From Octopus sinensis (lineage: Eukaryota): a stretch of DNA of 64,000 nt. The DNA is taken from the NCBI RefSeq assembly GCF_006345805.1, contig NC_043000.1, forward strand, positions 3,100,001 through 3,164,000, written 5' to 3'. Shown here one piece after another: positions 51,116 through 64,000 of this stretch. How positions within the stretch are numbered: position 1 is the stretch's first letter; each line of letters begins with the position of its first letter. Below the pieces are notes generated by a model that was not told the origin of the DNA, did no database searches, and worked only from the letters and a program-made list of their open reading frames with translations. The translations under genes and the position numbers were made by a program.

Positions 51116-51979
51116 TGTGTATATGAAAAGATTATGAACATGCTCATGATATAGTTTGTTAAATGTGATATTGTATATTTGAAACAGCCCACAATTCTAA
51201 CCATTTTAAATCTTGATATATCTAAGTGTTTATGCTATAAACTTCTTTAAAACTCTGGCAAGATTTCAAACAGTTGTGGAAAAAATTGATTTTGATGTAA
51301 TATTCTATGTTTGAAAATAAATATTGTATGACAAATAAAGCAGTAGGGTTAACCATTCTGTCAGTTTTCTCTGTTGATTGATTACAAATCAATAATTGAT
51401 CCAGAAACATAAGAGAGAAAAAGTAGAAATAAGCTGCAATGAGTCTCAGCCTGTGATTCAATTTCTCTTCCTGATTGGAATTATTATATTTCAGATTTTG
51501 TTAAGTGTAAAAAAAAAAAAAAAAGAAAAAGAAAAGAATGTCAGAGCAGGTGTGTCTATGTGGTTATGAAGATGGCTTGCTAACCAAGAGGTCTTGGGTT
51601 CAGTCTCACTGTACTGTACCTTGGGCAAATGTCTTCTACCCTAGCCTCAGGTCATCCAAAGCCTTGTGGGTGGATTTGGTAGATGGAAATTGAAAAAAGC
51701 CTATCATGCATGGGTGTGTATGTGTGTGTGTGTGTATACATGTATATGTATGTGTGTATATATGTGTATATGTATGTGTGTATATATACATGCATATGTA
51801 CGTATGTGTATAGATATGGGTATGTAAGTGTGTGTGTGTGTGTGTTCGTATCTCCTTGTTTTGGTGTTGGTGGTGATGCTTGCTTTGAAGAGAGACTTGT
51901 ATGTATCATTTTACTTTCAGCAGTACAAACACTTGTACATACATTAATGCATACATGCTTTAACTTACAACATATATAT

Positions 51980-52032
<53 letters not shown>

Positions 52033-52069
52033 TAGATAAGAAAGTTGGTTTGTGAAAGCATGTGGGTGA

Positions 52070-52306
52070 ATATATAGAAAATAGTAAAGAGTGAAAAAAC
52101 TACAGAGGGCTTAAATGTTAATATATATATATATTGCGTCAATATTTCTGAAGAATATTACAAAATTAAAAAAAAAATTTTTTTTCTCTTATAATGACAT
52201 TTTAAAAAAAATTTTGTAATATTCTTCAGACATATTGACGCAAATATATATATATTAACATTTAAGCCCTCTGTAGTTTTTTCACTCTTTACTATTTTCT
52301 ATATAT
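52070..52306. repeat. Inverted repeat with arms of about 98 bp and an approximately 42-bp spacer (MITE-like hairpin)
   Basis: 52070-52167 is the reverse complement of 52210-52306 with only a few differences; both ends lie in TA runs. Confidence 0.88.
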
Positions 52307-52696
52307 AATATATATATATATTGGCCGGCTTGCTTAGCCAGTGGGGTAGCATCATTGGAAGGCTAAAACAATGTGAAGCGCATTTTGACCAGTGATGTGT
52401 AACAGCATCTGATAGCCTGGTCGGTCACGGTGATATATATATATGTGTGTGTGTGTCTATAAATATATTCTTATACAGACATATTCTTGTATATCATAGT
52501 ATGATTGTATACTGAGCGTTTATGTATATTAAAGAATATCTCTTTGCATAACATAGTGTTTCTGTATGCAAAGTATGTCTGTTTGCTTTCTTCCATACAT
52601 AATTTATGTCTATTCTATAAAACATGGTGTATATCTCTATACATCACTGTAACCACCCCACCCCACCATCACTACCACCTCAACCACCACCACTAC

Positions 52697-53295
52697 CTAT
52701 TTCTTTACTACCCACAAGGGGCTAAACACAGAGGGGACAAACAAGGACAGACAAACGGATTAAGTCGATTACATCGACCCCAGTGCGTAACTGGTACTTA
52801 TTTAATCGAACCCGAAAGAATGAAAGGCAAAGTCGACCTCGGCGGAATTTGAACTCAGAACGTAGCGGCAGACGAAATACCTATTTCTTTATTACCCACA
52901 AGGGGCTAAACACAGAGGGGACAAACAAGGACAGACAAACGGATTAAGTCGATTACATCGACCCCAGTGCGTAACTGGTACTTATTTAATAGAACCCGAA
53001 AGAATGAAAGGCAAAGTCGACCTCGGCGGAATTTGAACTCAGAACGTAGCGGCAGACGAAATACCTATTTCTTTATTACCCACAAGGGGCTAAACACAGA
53101 GGGGACAAACAAGGACAGACAAACGGATTAAGTCGATTACATCGACCCCAGTGCGTAACTGGTACTTATTTAATAGAACCCGAAAGAATGAAAGGCAAAG
53201 TCGACCTCGGCGGAATTTGAACTCAGAACGTAGCGGCAGACGAAATACCGCTAAGCATTTCGCCCAATGTGCTAATGATTCTGCCAGCTCACCGC

Positions 53296-53296
<1 letters not shown>
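52697..53296 (-). mobile_element. SINE B1 head-to-tail trimer with near-identical 184-bp units
   Basis: CTATTTCTTTA at 52697, 52881 and 53065; a single tRNA-like head at about 53250-53296. Confidence 0.92.
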
Positions 53297-53380
<84 letters not shown>

Positions 53381-53440
53381 CATCATCATCACATCATCAT
53401 CATCATCACCACCACCACCACCACCACCATCATCATCATC

Positions 53441-53475
<35 letters not shown>

Positions 53476-53507
53476 CCATCACCACCACCATCATCATCAT
53501 CATCATC

Positions 53508-53556
<49 letters not shown>

Positions 53557-53950
53557 TTAACATCCATTGTCCATGCTGGCATGGGTTGGACAGTTTGACC
53601 AGGGCTTGTAAGCTGAGGGGCTGCACCAGAGTTCAGTCTGATTTGACATGGTTTTCTACAGCTGGATGCCTTTCCTAACACCAACCACTCCGTGGGTGTA
53701 ATGGGTGCTTTTACATGCCATGGGCATGGATGCCAGTTGCATGACACCAGTGTCTGCCATGATTATGATTTCACTTGGCTTGATGGATCTTCTTCTCAAG
53801 CACAGCATAAGGCCAAAGGTCTCAGTCATTTGTCATTGCTTCCATGAGGCCCAATGCTCAAAAGGTGCTTTTTACATGCCACCAGCATGGTTGCTAGTTA
53901 TGTGACATTGGCTTCAGCCACATTGCCTCTGTGAGGCCCAACACTCCACA
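53297..53950 (-). mobile_element. (CAT)n tract followed by a SINE D variant
   Basis: Long CAT/CAC repeat to about 53555, then a family D body. Confidence 0.8.
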
Positions 53951-55434
53951 CACACACACACACACAGAGGCTTCATTCAGTATCCATCTACCAAATTCAT
54001 TCATGAGGCTTTGGCCAGCCTGGAAAAGTAGTAAAAAACACTTGCCCAAGATGTCTGTCACACAGTGGAATTGAAACTGAAATCACATGGTTGGGAAGCA
54101 AACTTCATCACACAGCCATGCCTGCACCTATAAATAAAGTGACATTTTATATCAGTCATATTTAAGGTCAGTACCAGAAGTGCTGAGTATGCAGGGAGTA
54201 TCTATCTCTTTAGTTTCCAGCTTATCTAATTCCAGTCTTCCCTGACATCAACCTCGCAGTCTTTGACTTACCCCCAGTTTATTAAACTTATTTTCATCAA
54301 TTTTTAAAATGTATAACAGTTCTATATAGCAATGTGTATCTCTCTTTTTACTTATTTTTTTCCTATGTATAAAAAAAAATTGCTTTTTCTTCAGTATTTA
54401 ACTGCAAATTTTTTTCTCCTTCTGTTTCCCCCCTTTTTCTGACTGTACCCACTTTGACAGCCCCTTTCATATCTGTTTTCTATTTCCTTCCTTTTTTTTT
54501 ATTACTTTCTCCACATTCTATACATGTTACATAACTTCCAAACTTTTTATGCATTTATTTTCTCACTATTTATACCATTTATTCACCAGTGTTTTCCTTA
54601 AAATCTATATTGCTCCTACCTTCTCTTTCGCCTAACACACATGCCAGCCCCCCCCCCCATCCTTCATGCCTTCCTTTCACATACAATATGATTACACCTT
54701 CACACCATCCTTCTACATTATCCCATATCACTACACTTCCATACTTGTACACCTCCACACACTAGACTCACCCCAAGAAACCACGTACACCTGTAGTGAC
54801 GCCAGGTTCCAGACACCATTTTGGGATTTTCATCTATGCATGTGCAAGTATCAGTCTTCCGGAAGTCCCTTATGCACATACACAGTAATCAGCAGCAGCT
54901 AGCTTTTACCACTTTTCTTCCTTTTGCTTCCTGCTGCCGACAGAACCAAACGTGACCAGACAAGCTCCATTGAAGGCGAATATGACTTGGCGAGCTGTGA
55001 AGAATGCCTTCAACAATTGTGATTTAAACCGACTCTGCTGTTTCCACCCCCGGGCGTCCAGGCTACCGATGTCAATGTCCAGAGATGGAATGCTTATTTC
55101 GGCAAAAATAAGTTATTATTGTTATTTGTTCAGAGATTCGTGTTCCTGCTATTTTTCCTTTCTACAACTATGTAAGGAAATGTGAGGCACCCAGCCAGTG
55201 CCAATATCGCATCCTACTACACACCCAACAGCACCACACACACTCCTGCCCTATGCCTATCACTATACATTGATGTCCTTCTATACATATATATTTCATC
55301 TCACCTTCTCTTCCCTTCTTAACTTCCTCCACAGAATCACATTTCCTCCTTGTTCCTAATTCTTTTTTTTTTACTAACCACCTTTTCTCATTCTTTTTTT
55401 TTTCTTACCATCTTTTTCCTTTCTGTCATTTTCC

Positions 55435-55462
55435 CTGATGAAGGACAAGTGTCTGAAACGTC
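55435..55462 (+). ncRNA. Degenerate Penelope-type minimal hammerhead motif
   Basis: CTGATGA-A-GGAC-AAGT-GTCT-GAAA-CGTC: intact core, plausible stem II, ACGT palindromic stem III and GUC triplet, but no stem I pairing. Confidence 0.45.
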
Positions 55463-55619
55463 AACACTTTTTCCTTTTATTTAAATGTTAAACTAATACA
55501 TTTGTTAAAACTTGTCCTTTCCATGTTGTTGTGTATTTTTTTTTTCCTGTACTCCTTGACTAATACATATATTTATATATTTTCTCTCTTACTCTATCCC
55601 TTCCATTCCTAATTCTCAG

Positions 55620-55834
55620 ATATATGCTGGGCCTGGCTGGAATTCCTTCTGCCATTCAGTTTATTGGGTTCATATTTATGCCAGAATCTCCACGCTGGTT
55701 GATTACTCGAAACAGAGACGATGAAGCAAGACTAGTCCTACAAAAGATGAGAGGCTACCGTGATATTGAAGAAGAACTAGAAAATATTAAAATCAGTTGC
55801 CATGAGGCAGAGCTGCAGGAAAAGACAATTGCAG
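55620..55834 (+). CDS. SLC2A13: Next coding exon (215 nt, phase 2 to phase 1) of the same transporter
   Basis: Acceptor cctaattctcag and donor CAG|gtcagt. Joins the previous exon in frame (AG+A = Arg). Translates (R)YMLGLAGIPSAIQFIGFIFMPESPRWLITRNRDDEARLVLQKMRG...EKTIA(G), with the PESPRWL sugar-porter signature. Confidence 0.95.
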
Positions 55835-56861
55835 GTCAGTGTATATTCATACATACAAGTTTGTGTGTATGTGTGTGTGTGTGTTTCACAGTATGTGAAT
55901 GCGTATGTATGCTTATGTGTATATGTAACTTATGTGTGTTTGTGTGTGTGTACACAGGCATTTTTGCTTAGCCTTGAATGTGTTTGTATCTGTCAGACTG
56001 ATCGAAGATGTCCTTCCATGACCATTCCATCTAGGCATATTATATTTAAGATTATATTAACCAACGTACCCTTCATTCCTTTTTTATCATTTTTATTGTT
56101 CAGCTCCAGATCTGTCCTGATTTAGCTGCCCTACAATCAAAGGCATTCCAGCTATGGCCACATCTGAAGAAAGACCACTCACTCCGCTAATATTCCCTCA
56201 ACCCTCTGGCCCACAGACATACTGTCTCCCCTCTCTGCCCTTTCTACTTCTTCTACTGTAACCGCTGTTTCTTGAAGTAGGCTAGTCATTTGTTCCTCAC
56301 TCCTTTCATCAACAATATCCTATCCGGTACCTCAAGCTCCACTCTAGTCCCTGTGTGCAGTCCTTTCTAGGACAGCTGCCTTCTGAAATTCCTTCTCTGC
56401 ACGTGTTTTCTCTGTAGCCATTTTATTGCATGTTGATCTTACCCAGTGTCCATGGAGCTTGCAAAGGTCATGAAGGCACAACCCATCCTCGTGACCAAAC
56501 CAATACAAAAATAACAAAAACACATCTAGAATTAGATTATCCAATATGATGTAGCCTTCAGTTTTTAAAACCATAATAAATTCTTTATTATATTTAAAGT
56601 AATTGAAAGACACACAGAGCATCTCAAAATAAATGCAGTAATGAAAGGGTTAAGATAAGCCATCAGATTTTTGTTGGTTACTCGTCCAAAATAATTTTGT
56701 ACTATCTGATGTGTTTATTGAGTTAATGTAGAATTAAGTGTCCTGTCCAGAAATATAGCCATCCCTTGATGATTCACACTGGGTTTAAACTCAAAGTCCA
56801 TGAGTTGGCACTACTGAATCAGCTATTTTCCTTATGTACTATAGGAAGTGGGGAGAGAGTC

Positions 56862-57212
56862 ATCATCATCATCATCATCATCGTTTAACATCCACTTTCC
56901 ATACTAGTATGGATTGCACGATTTGACTGAGGACTGGCGAACCAGATGGCTACACCAGGCTCCAATCTGATCTGGTAGAGTTGCTACAGCTGGATGCCCT
57001 TCCTAACGCCAACCACTCCAAGAGTGTAGTGGGTGCTTTTACATGCCACCGGCACGAGGGCCAGTCGGGTGGTACTGGCAACGGCCACGCTCAAATGGTA
57101 TTTTTTACGTGCCACCTGCACAGGAGCCAGTCCAGCGGCACTGGCAACGACCTCACTTGAATGTTTTATTCACGTGCCACCAGCACAAGTGCCAGTAAGG
57201 TAACGCTGGTAA
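56862..57212 (-). mobile_element. SINE family D copy
   Basis: (CAT)n plus D body, highly similar to 26200-26575 and 59520-59810. Confidence 0.85.
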
Positions 57213-57674
57213 AGAGTGTTGAAATATTTTAAGATGACAAAAGAGAAGACAATAGTTGATGTCAGTCTTTCAGTGAATGATCCAAGCTTGTCAGAAATAT
57301 CTGAAATGCTGATTTATCCATATAGCTGAATCAGTAAGATAAAAGTTCTGATCACATTTATTGGCCATAAACAATTCAGGCTGATTAAGTCGGTGTCGAC
57401 TGAGGCGAACAGATAGAAACAGCTGTCGTTTGATTTTAATGTACAACCACATCAATTATCAGCATCACAGAGTATTTAAATAAAGGCAAAAACACTTCAG
57501 TTTTGTGCACATATTTTCTTGACAGAAAGATATTCATTATAATTTCTTCATTATTCAAAGAATGCACAGCAATCTCTTTATATTAATCGCATCTGAATTC
57601 TATTTTGCTTGTCGTCCACTTCAGATGTCTGCCTGGAAAATCTTCCCACCTCTAATACATTTTCTTCCTGTCTT

Positions 57675-57712
<38 letters not shown>

Positions 57713-59198
57713 TCCTTGTTCCTTTCTATGTCATTCAATCTATTTCTGTGATATTTCACCATTTATTCTAACCTGGCTGCTGTGTCACTTAAACAATTTT
57801 CCCCATTTGTTGTATAACAAGCAAAACAAAACAAGGACCTTGTTGTCGTGTTGGTCATGTGACAGCAAATATTAGTGGCTTACTAGTAAACTAGCAAGAT
57901 GTCAGACCATGAGACTGCACATATCCACAGGAATTACAGTATTCTTCGATCATGTGATGACTAATGTTGCCTTAATGCATGCTAACAAGAGATTAGCTAA
58001 ATGACACAATAGGTTAGTTCAGACATAAACGTATAAGTTTGCACATATATTAACATAAGGAAACTAGAATTATTTAAAAATCAAGTAATGCAGATCCTCA
58101 TCATTTAACATCCATTTTTCTATGGTAGCATGAGTCAGACAGAAGTTGCTGAGGCAGCTTTTCTGCAGTTAGACAACCTGCCTGGTGTCCAAGCAAAATA
58201 ATATTTCTCCATGGCTAAACATGTTCTTCACAAAAGACTGGAAATGAACAACACCTCTTGTATGACAGTGATGCTCATTCACTGCCATCATATGATGTCA
58301 AGACAAACACACACATATAAACACACTCACATATGTATACACATACATCAGGCTTCTTTCAGTTTCCATCAAATAAATCCACTCACAAGGCTTTGATTGG
58401 CCCAGGCCTATAGTAGAAGAACTTGCTCAAGATGCTGCACAGTGGGACTGCACCTGAATCCACAGTTGGCAAACAAGCTTCTCAACTTAAAAAATAGGCA
58501 CAGGAGTGGCTGTGTGGTAAGTAGCTTGCTTACCAACCACATGGTTCCATGTTCAGTCCCACTGCATGGCACCTTGAGCAAGTGTCTTCTACTATAGCCT
58601 CAAGCTGACCAAAGCCTTGTGAGTGGATTTGGAGGGAGAAACAGCTGTACCTGCAACAAGCTGGTACTCTTTACAGCTGAGTAGACTTGAGCCTCATGAA
58701 ATGAAATACTGAAATACCTTGCCCAGTCCAAAAAGGGAACCCACAAACCAATGATCATGAGCCAAACCTCCTAACCATTAGGCCATGCTCTACATACTGC
58801 ATTTAACTATTAACTACATATGACTATCATACATTTGAATACTGAAGGGTTGAACCTTCTTATCAGAAGGTTAAAAATATGTCATAGTTTTCAGTCATTG
58901 ATATATATTGGATGGAAAATGATTTTGGAACTATACTTTATTATATGTTGTCTCCTCAGTTGATAGCCTGGTTTAACACTCATGAGTGATCTTAGCGGAA
59001 TTCAATTTGCTGCAGGACTTTTCCATATGTGATGCTGGGTGGTAAAAAGTTTGATTTCCAACCATATAGTTTCAAGATTAGTCCTACTGCATAGCACTTT
59101 GAGCAAGTTCTACTGTAGTCCCAAGCCTACCAAAGCCTTGTGAGTGGTTCTGATAGAAGGAATCTGAAAGAAACTCATCATATATATATATATATATT

Positions 59199-59461
59199 TC
59201 TTTACTACCCACAAGGGGCTAAACACAGAGGGGACAAGCAAGGACAGACAGACGGATTAAGTCAATTACATCGACCCCAGTGCGTAACTGGTACTTAATT
59301 TATTGACACCGAAAGGATGAAAGGCAAAGTCAACCTTGGCAGAATTTGAACTCGGAACGTAACGACAGACGAAATACAGCTACACATTTCGTTCAGCGTG
59401 CTAACGTTTCTGCCAACTCGCCGCCTTTTATATATATATATATATATAGATGTATGTGTGT

Positions 59462-59495
<34 letters not shown>

Positions 59496-59810
59496 CGTCT
59501 GTCTGTCTTGACATTGTGATTCATCATCATCATCATCGTTTAACATCCGCTTTCCATGCTAGCGTGGGTTGGACGATTTGACTGAGGACTGGCGAACCAG
59601 ATGGCTGCACCAGGCTCCAATGTTGATCTGGCAGAGTTTCTACAGCTGGATGCCCTTCCTAATGCCAACCACTTCGAGAGTGTAGTGGGTGCTTTTACGT
59701 GCCACTGGCACGAGGTCCAGTCAGGCAGTACTGGCAATGCCCACAAAAATTCATTTTTTAAAAAATTTTACATGTCACCTGCACACCGGCACAAGTGCCA
59801 GCAAGGTGAG
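59199..59810 (-). mobile_element. SINE B1 monomer (59199-59426) and SINE D (59520-59810)
   Basis: Family motifs visible. Confidence 0.82.
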
Positions 59811-60024
59811 TAAATAATGTCATTCATTTCCAATATTCTGTGGAAACATGTCTGGCCATAGAAAATCTACCTCAATAAATTCCATATGACCCATGCAAGC
59901 ATAGGCAAGTGGATGTTAAAATGATATAATGGTGATGATGAGGGTGATGATCTCCTACTCCAAGAGCAATAAATATATTGGTATATTCGCAACTAAATTA
60001 TCACCATTGTGTTTTCAATTTCAG

Positions 60025-60136
60025 GTAAAAATCCAATAATTCTACAGATGATACAGACACCATCAGTACGTCGGGCACTCATTGTTGGTTGTAGCTTACA
60101 ACTTATACAACAAGTAGCTGGTATCAACACAGTTAT
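60025..60136 (+). CDS. SLC2A13: Next coding exon (112 nt, phase 1 to phase 2) of the same transporter
   Basis: Acceptor ttttcaatttcag and donor AT|gtaagt. Translates (G)KNPIILQMIQTPSVRRALIVGCSLQLIQQVAGINTV(M), with the TM7 QQxxGINxxM motif. Upstream and downstream exons were not found in the window. Confidence 0.94.
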
Positions 60137-60299
60137 GTAAGTATATCTTTCTTCTAAAATGGATTGCTAATGTCTTTGTCTGTGATATCAGCAGGACAAG
60201 GATGAAAATGACCAGAAAGATGTGATCAAAGGAATGAAATGAATAGATATTTGACTCAGAGTGGTATTATGCCATTAATGGTTAGAATATAAGCGATGA

Positions 60300-60968
60300 C
60301 TGGCGTCTGTGCTGGCAGGGTGTCAAGAGCACCATCCGAGTGTGATCGTTGCCAGAGCAGCCAACTGACTTCCGTGCCAGTGGCACTTAAAGGGCACTAT
60401 TCGAGCGTGGTCGTTACCAGTGTCGCCTTACTGGCACTTGTGCTCGTGCTAGTAGGTTGTCAAGAGCACCATCCGAGCGTGATCGTTGCCAGAGCAGCCA
60501 ACTGGCTTCCGTGCCAGTGGTACATAAAAGGGCACCATTCGAGTGTGATCGTTACCAAAGTCGCCTTACTGGCACATGTGCTGGTGGCATGTGTAAAAGG
60601 ATTCGAGCGTGATGTTGCCAGAGCAGCCAACTGGCTTCTGTACATGTGACATGTAAAAAGGCACCATTCGAGCATGATCGTTACCAATGTCGCTCCACTG
60701 GCACCTGTGCTGGTGGCACGTGTAAAAAGATTCGAGCGAGGTCATTGCCAATACCGCCTGACTGGCCTTTGTGCTGATGGCATGTAAAAAGCACCCACTA
60801 CACTCTCAGAGTTGTTGGCGTTAGGAAGGGCATCCAGCTGTAGAAACTCTGCCAAATCAAGATTGGAGTCTGGTGCAACCATCTGGTTCGGCAGCCCTTA
60901 GTCAAAATCGTCCAACCCATGCTAGCATGGAAAGCAGACGTTAAACGATGATGATGATGATGATGATG
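60300..60968 (+). mobile_element. Long SINE D variant with repeated internal modules
   Basis: gagcaccatccgagYgtgatcgttgccagagcagccaactg repeated, ending in the D tail plus (GAT)n. Confidence 0.82.
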
Positions 60969-61414
60969 TTAAAAATTGGCACAACTGTCTAAGACAGGTG
61001 CTGTGAAATTACTGCTGCCAATCTTCAGTATGGAAGGATATAAAGGACATAATCCTGAATGTAAGCATTTTCATTATCAAATATTCTGAGTATTTCATGT
61101 TATGTACAGATAGAGAAAGTACATCTTTCTCGTTTATCATGGTGGGGGTTTGGTTCCAGAAAATCTCAGTAATAAATGAACCCTTTCCACACACTTTGTA
61201 AATGGAATGAATGGTAGATTCTTCAATGCTAAACTCACAGCCCACAACTGCAAAGCTTCCACTACCATTTAATTTTCTGAATTACCTCAACCTTTTCTTG
61301 TTGAGAATACATTTATTTGTGTTGTTTGTTTGATCAGGTGTCTTTGTAGTTTTTTCTTTTCACTGGTCTTTTCCAGTTGATGGGTATGAGTAGGAAAAGT
61401 CATATAAAAAATAC

Positions 61415-62926
61415 AGGTGTGGCTGTGTGGTAATAAGTTTGTTTCCCAACCACATAGTTCTAGGTTCAGTCCCACTGTGTGGCCCTTTGGGTAAGTGTCT
61501 TCTACTATAGCTTCAGGCTGAGAAAAGCCTAGTGAGTGGATTTGGTAGCTGGAAACTATAAGAAGCTCGTCATGTGTGTGTGGTGTGTCTTGGTGTCAGT
61601 TTGTTCCACACCACCATTTGACAACCGATGTTGGTCTGCCTATGTCCCTGTAAAGGAAATCAATAAAATAAGTTCAAAGCAGTGCCCCAGCATGGCCACA
61701 GCCTAATGACTGAAACAAGTAAAAGATTAAAGATAAATGAGCCTTGAAGCACACTATGCAAAGCGGCAAGTTGGCAGAATTGTTAGCACGCCGGGCAAAA
61801 TGCTTAGCGGTATTTCGTCTGCCACTACGTTCTGAGTTCAAATTCCGCCGAGGTCAACTTTGCCTTTCATCCTTCGGGGTCGATTAAATAAGTACCAGTT
61901 ATGCACTGGGGTCGATATAATTGACTTAATCCTTTTGTCTGTCCTTGTTTGTCCCCTCTGTGTGTAGCCCCTTGTGGACAGTAAAGAAATAAGAAGCCTG
62001 TTGCATATATATATTTGTGTGTGTGTGTGTGTGTGTATGTGTGTGTGTGTGTGTGTGTTTGTATTCGTTCCCCACCACCACTTGACAACCGATGTTGGTC
62101 TGTTTATGTACCCGTAACTTAGTAGCTCAGCAAAGGAAATCAATAAAATAAGTTCCAGGTTTTAAAAAATAAAGAAAGAAGTGCTGGGGTCGATTTTATT
62201 CAACTAAAAATACTTCAAAGCAGTGCACCAGCACGGCCACAGCCTAATGACTGAAACAAGTAAAAAATTGAAGATAAACGAACCTTGCAGCTCACTATGT
62301 AGACACAAATGATAGTCAGTGCATTCCGTTCATTGTGGTTGGTCACTGGGGCACATTTTGCACTACAAGCAGAATCTTTGACTAACCACTGATCCATGTT
62401 ATCACAGATCAATTTGTGATAAGCAGATCATGGTTCACAATAGAGTGTACTTTGTTATCCAGGAACAGTGATAAATGAGGCTGTGACTGTGTGGTAACAA
62501 GCTTGCTTTTCAACCACATGGTTCCAGGTTCAGTCCCACTGCATAGCACCTTGGGCAAGTGTTTTCTACTATAGCCTCAGGCCAACCAAAGCTTTGTGAG
62601 TGGATTTGGTATTTGGAAACTGAAAGAAGCCTGTTGCATATATATATTTGTGTGTGTGTGTTTGTATTTGTCCCCCCCACCTCTTGACAACCAGTATTGG
62701 TGTGTTTACATCCCCATAAATTAGCAGTTTGACAAAAGAGATTGATAGAATTAGTACCAATCTTAGGTGTAGGGGTTGCTGTGTGGTAAGTAGCTTGCTT
62801 ACGAAAGTGTGGCACCTTGGGCAAGTGTCTTCTACTATAGCCTTGGGCCGACCAAAGCCTTGTGAGTGGATTTGGTAGCCGGAAACTAAAAGAAGTCCTT
62901 TGTATATATATATATATACATATATA

Positions 62927-62959
<33 letters not shown>

Positions 62960-63260
62960 TTATCCCCCCAACATAGCTTGACAACCGATGCTGGTGTGTT
63001 TATGTCCCCGTAACTTAGCAGTTCAGCAAAAGAGACCGATAGAATAAGTACTAGGCTTACAAAGAATAAGTCCTGGGGCTCGATTTGCTTAACTAAAGGC
63101 AGTGCTCCAGCATGGCCACAGTCAAATGACTGAAACAAGTAAAAGAGTAAAAAAGTAAGTGCCAGGGTGGATTTGTTCGAGTAAAAATTTTTCTCGGCAG
63201 TGCCCCAGCATGACCACAGTCTAATGACTGAAACAAGTAAAACATAAAAGATAAAGATAA
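61415..63260. mobile_element. SINE cluster: A+, B1+ (61765-61992), A 3' half, A- (62480-62765), A+ (62765-63150)
   Basis: Family motifs visible; coordinates approximate. Confidence 0.75.
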
Positions 63261-64000
63261 TATATTGCAGTCTGGTCTTCCATACAGAGGGTTAACAGCA
63301 GTGATTCCATACATCACGCTTCTATAGAAAAGCCAATGTAATTATACAAAAGGAATATTTTTTTTTGAGAGTTCATTGGCCATAATTGGTTGTATGTATT
63401 ATACAAGTGCATATTATATACAAATAAACATGATATCATTCATGATTATTATAAAAGGATATCATTCATGTATATAGAGAAATTATCTTATTTGTGATTA
63501 GAGAGAAATAATATTTTATGGCCAGAATAAATGGATGTTAGTAAAGATTAAGATGGGACAAATGGCAATATACTGTATAGCAGACTCAACCCAAGAGAGA
63601 TAAAAAGCACATTAAAATAGCAGTGTTGTTGTTGTTGTTACTGATGATGATGATGATGCTGATGTTGCTGTTGAACGAAGCGGTCTTCGTGGGGAAAGTC
63701 CGAAACGTGGTTCTTTGCTATTCGTAAGACCCGCAGAAGAAAAAGCAGGTCAACCCCCCCGACACCGAGAGCATCGACGGATGGATGAACGCGCATCCAG
63801 GCTCAGCGGTTGCGTAGGAAGTTGGGGACAAGAATCAGGAAGAAAGAGTGAGAGAGAGTTGGAGCGAAAGAGTACAACAGGGGTCGCCACCAGCCCCTGC
63901 CGGAGCCTCGTGGAGCTTTAGGTGTTTTCGCTCAATAAACACACACAACGCCTGGTCTGGGAATTGAAACTGCGATCCTCTGACCGCGAGTCCGCTTCCC

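Noticed and set aside
60990-61250. Next HMIT exon (expected YYSATI...)
   Set aside because: No AG-preceded frame gives the expected peptide; the exon is presumably beyond the window.

Overview
AT-rich, repeat-saturated animal genomic DNA. The SINE families and microsatellite landscape look like Octopus; this is recognition from memory, not a database match. The whole window appears to lie inside one + strand host gene, a proton/myo-inositol cotransporter (SLC2A13/HMIT-like MFS sugar porter). Three consecutive, phase-compatible GT-AG coding exons (23086-23245, 55620-55834, 60025-60136) are separated by introns of 32,374 and 4,190 bp. The introns hold dozens of tRNA-derived SINEs (called families A-D here), R4/Dong-type, RTE, CR1-like and Penelope retroelement copies, a decayed mariner, a non-autonomous Helitron, a foldback MITE, minisatellites and long microsatellites. 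Most entries in the ORF track are microsatellite or SINE artefacts. The best find is a 485-bp, TSD-flanked, non-coding 1.33-mer of a 364-nt unit (46972-47456). It carries a minimal type I hammerhead ribozyme at the apex of a long rod-like fold, the architecture of a non-LTR retrozyme (viroid-like circular RNA retroelement). A second, degenerate Penelope-type hammerhead motif lies at 55435-55462. SINE coordinates are approximate unless a TSD is quoted.
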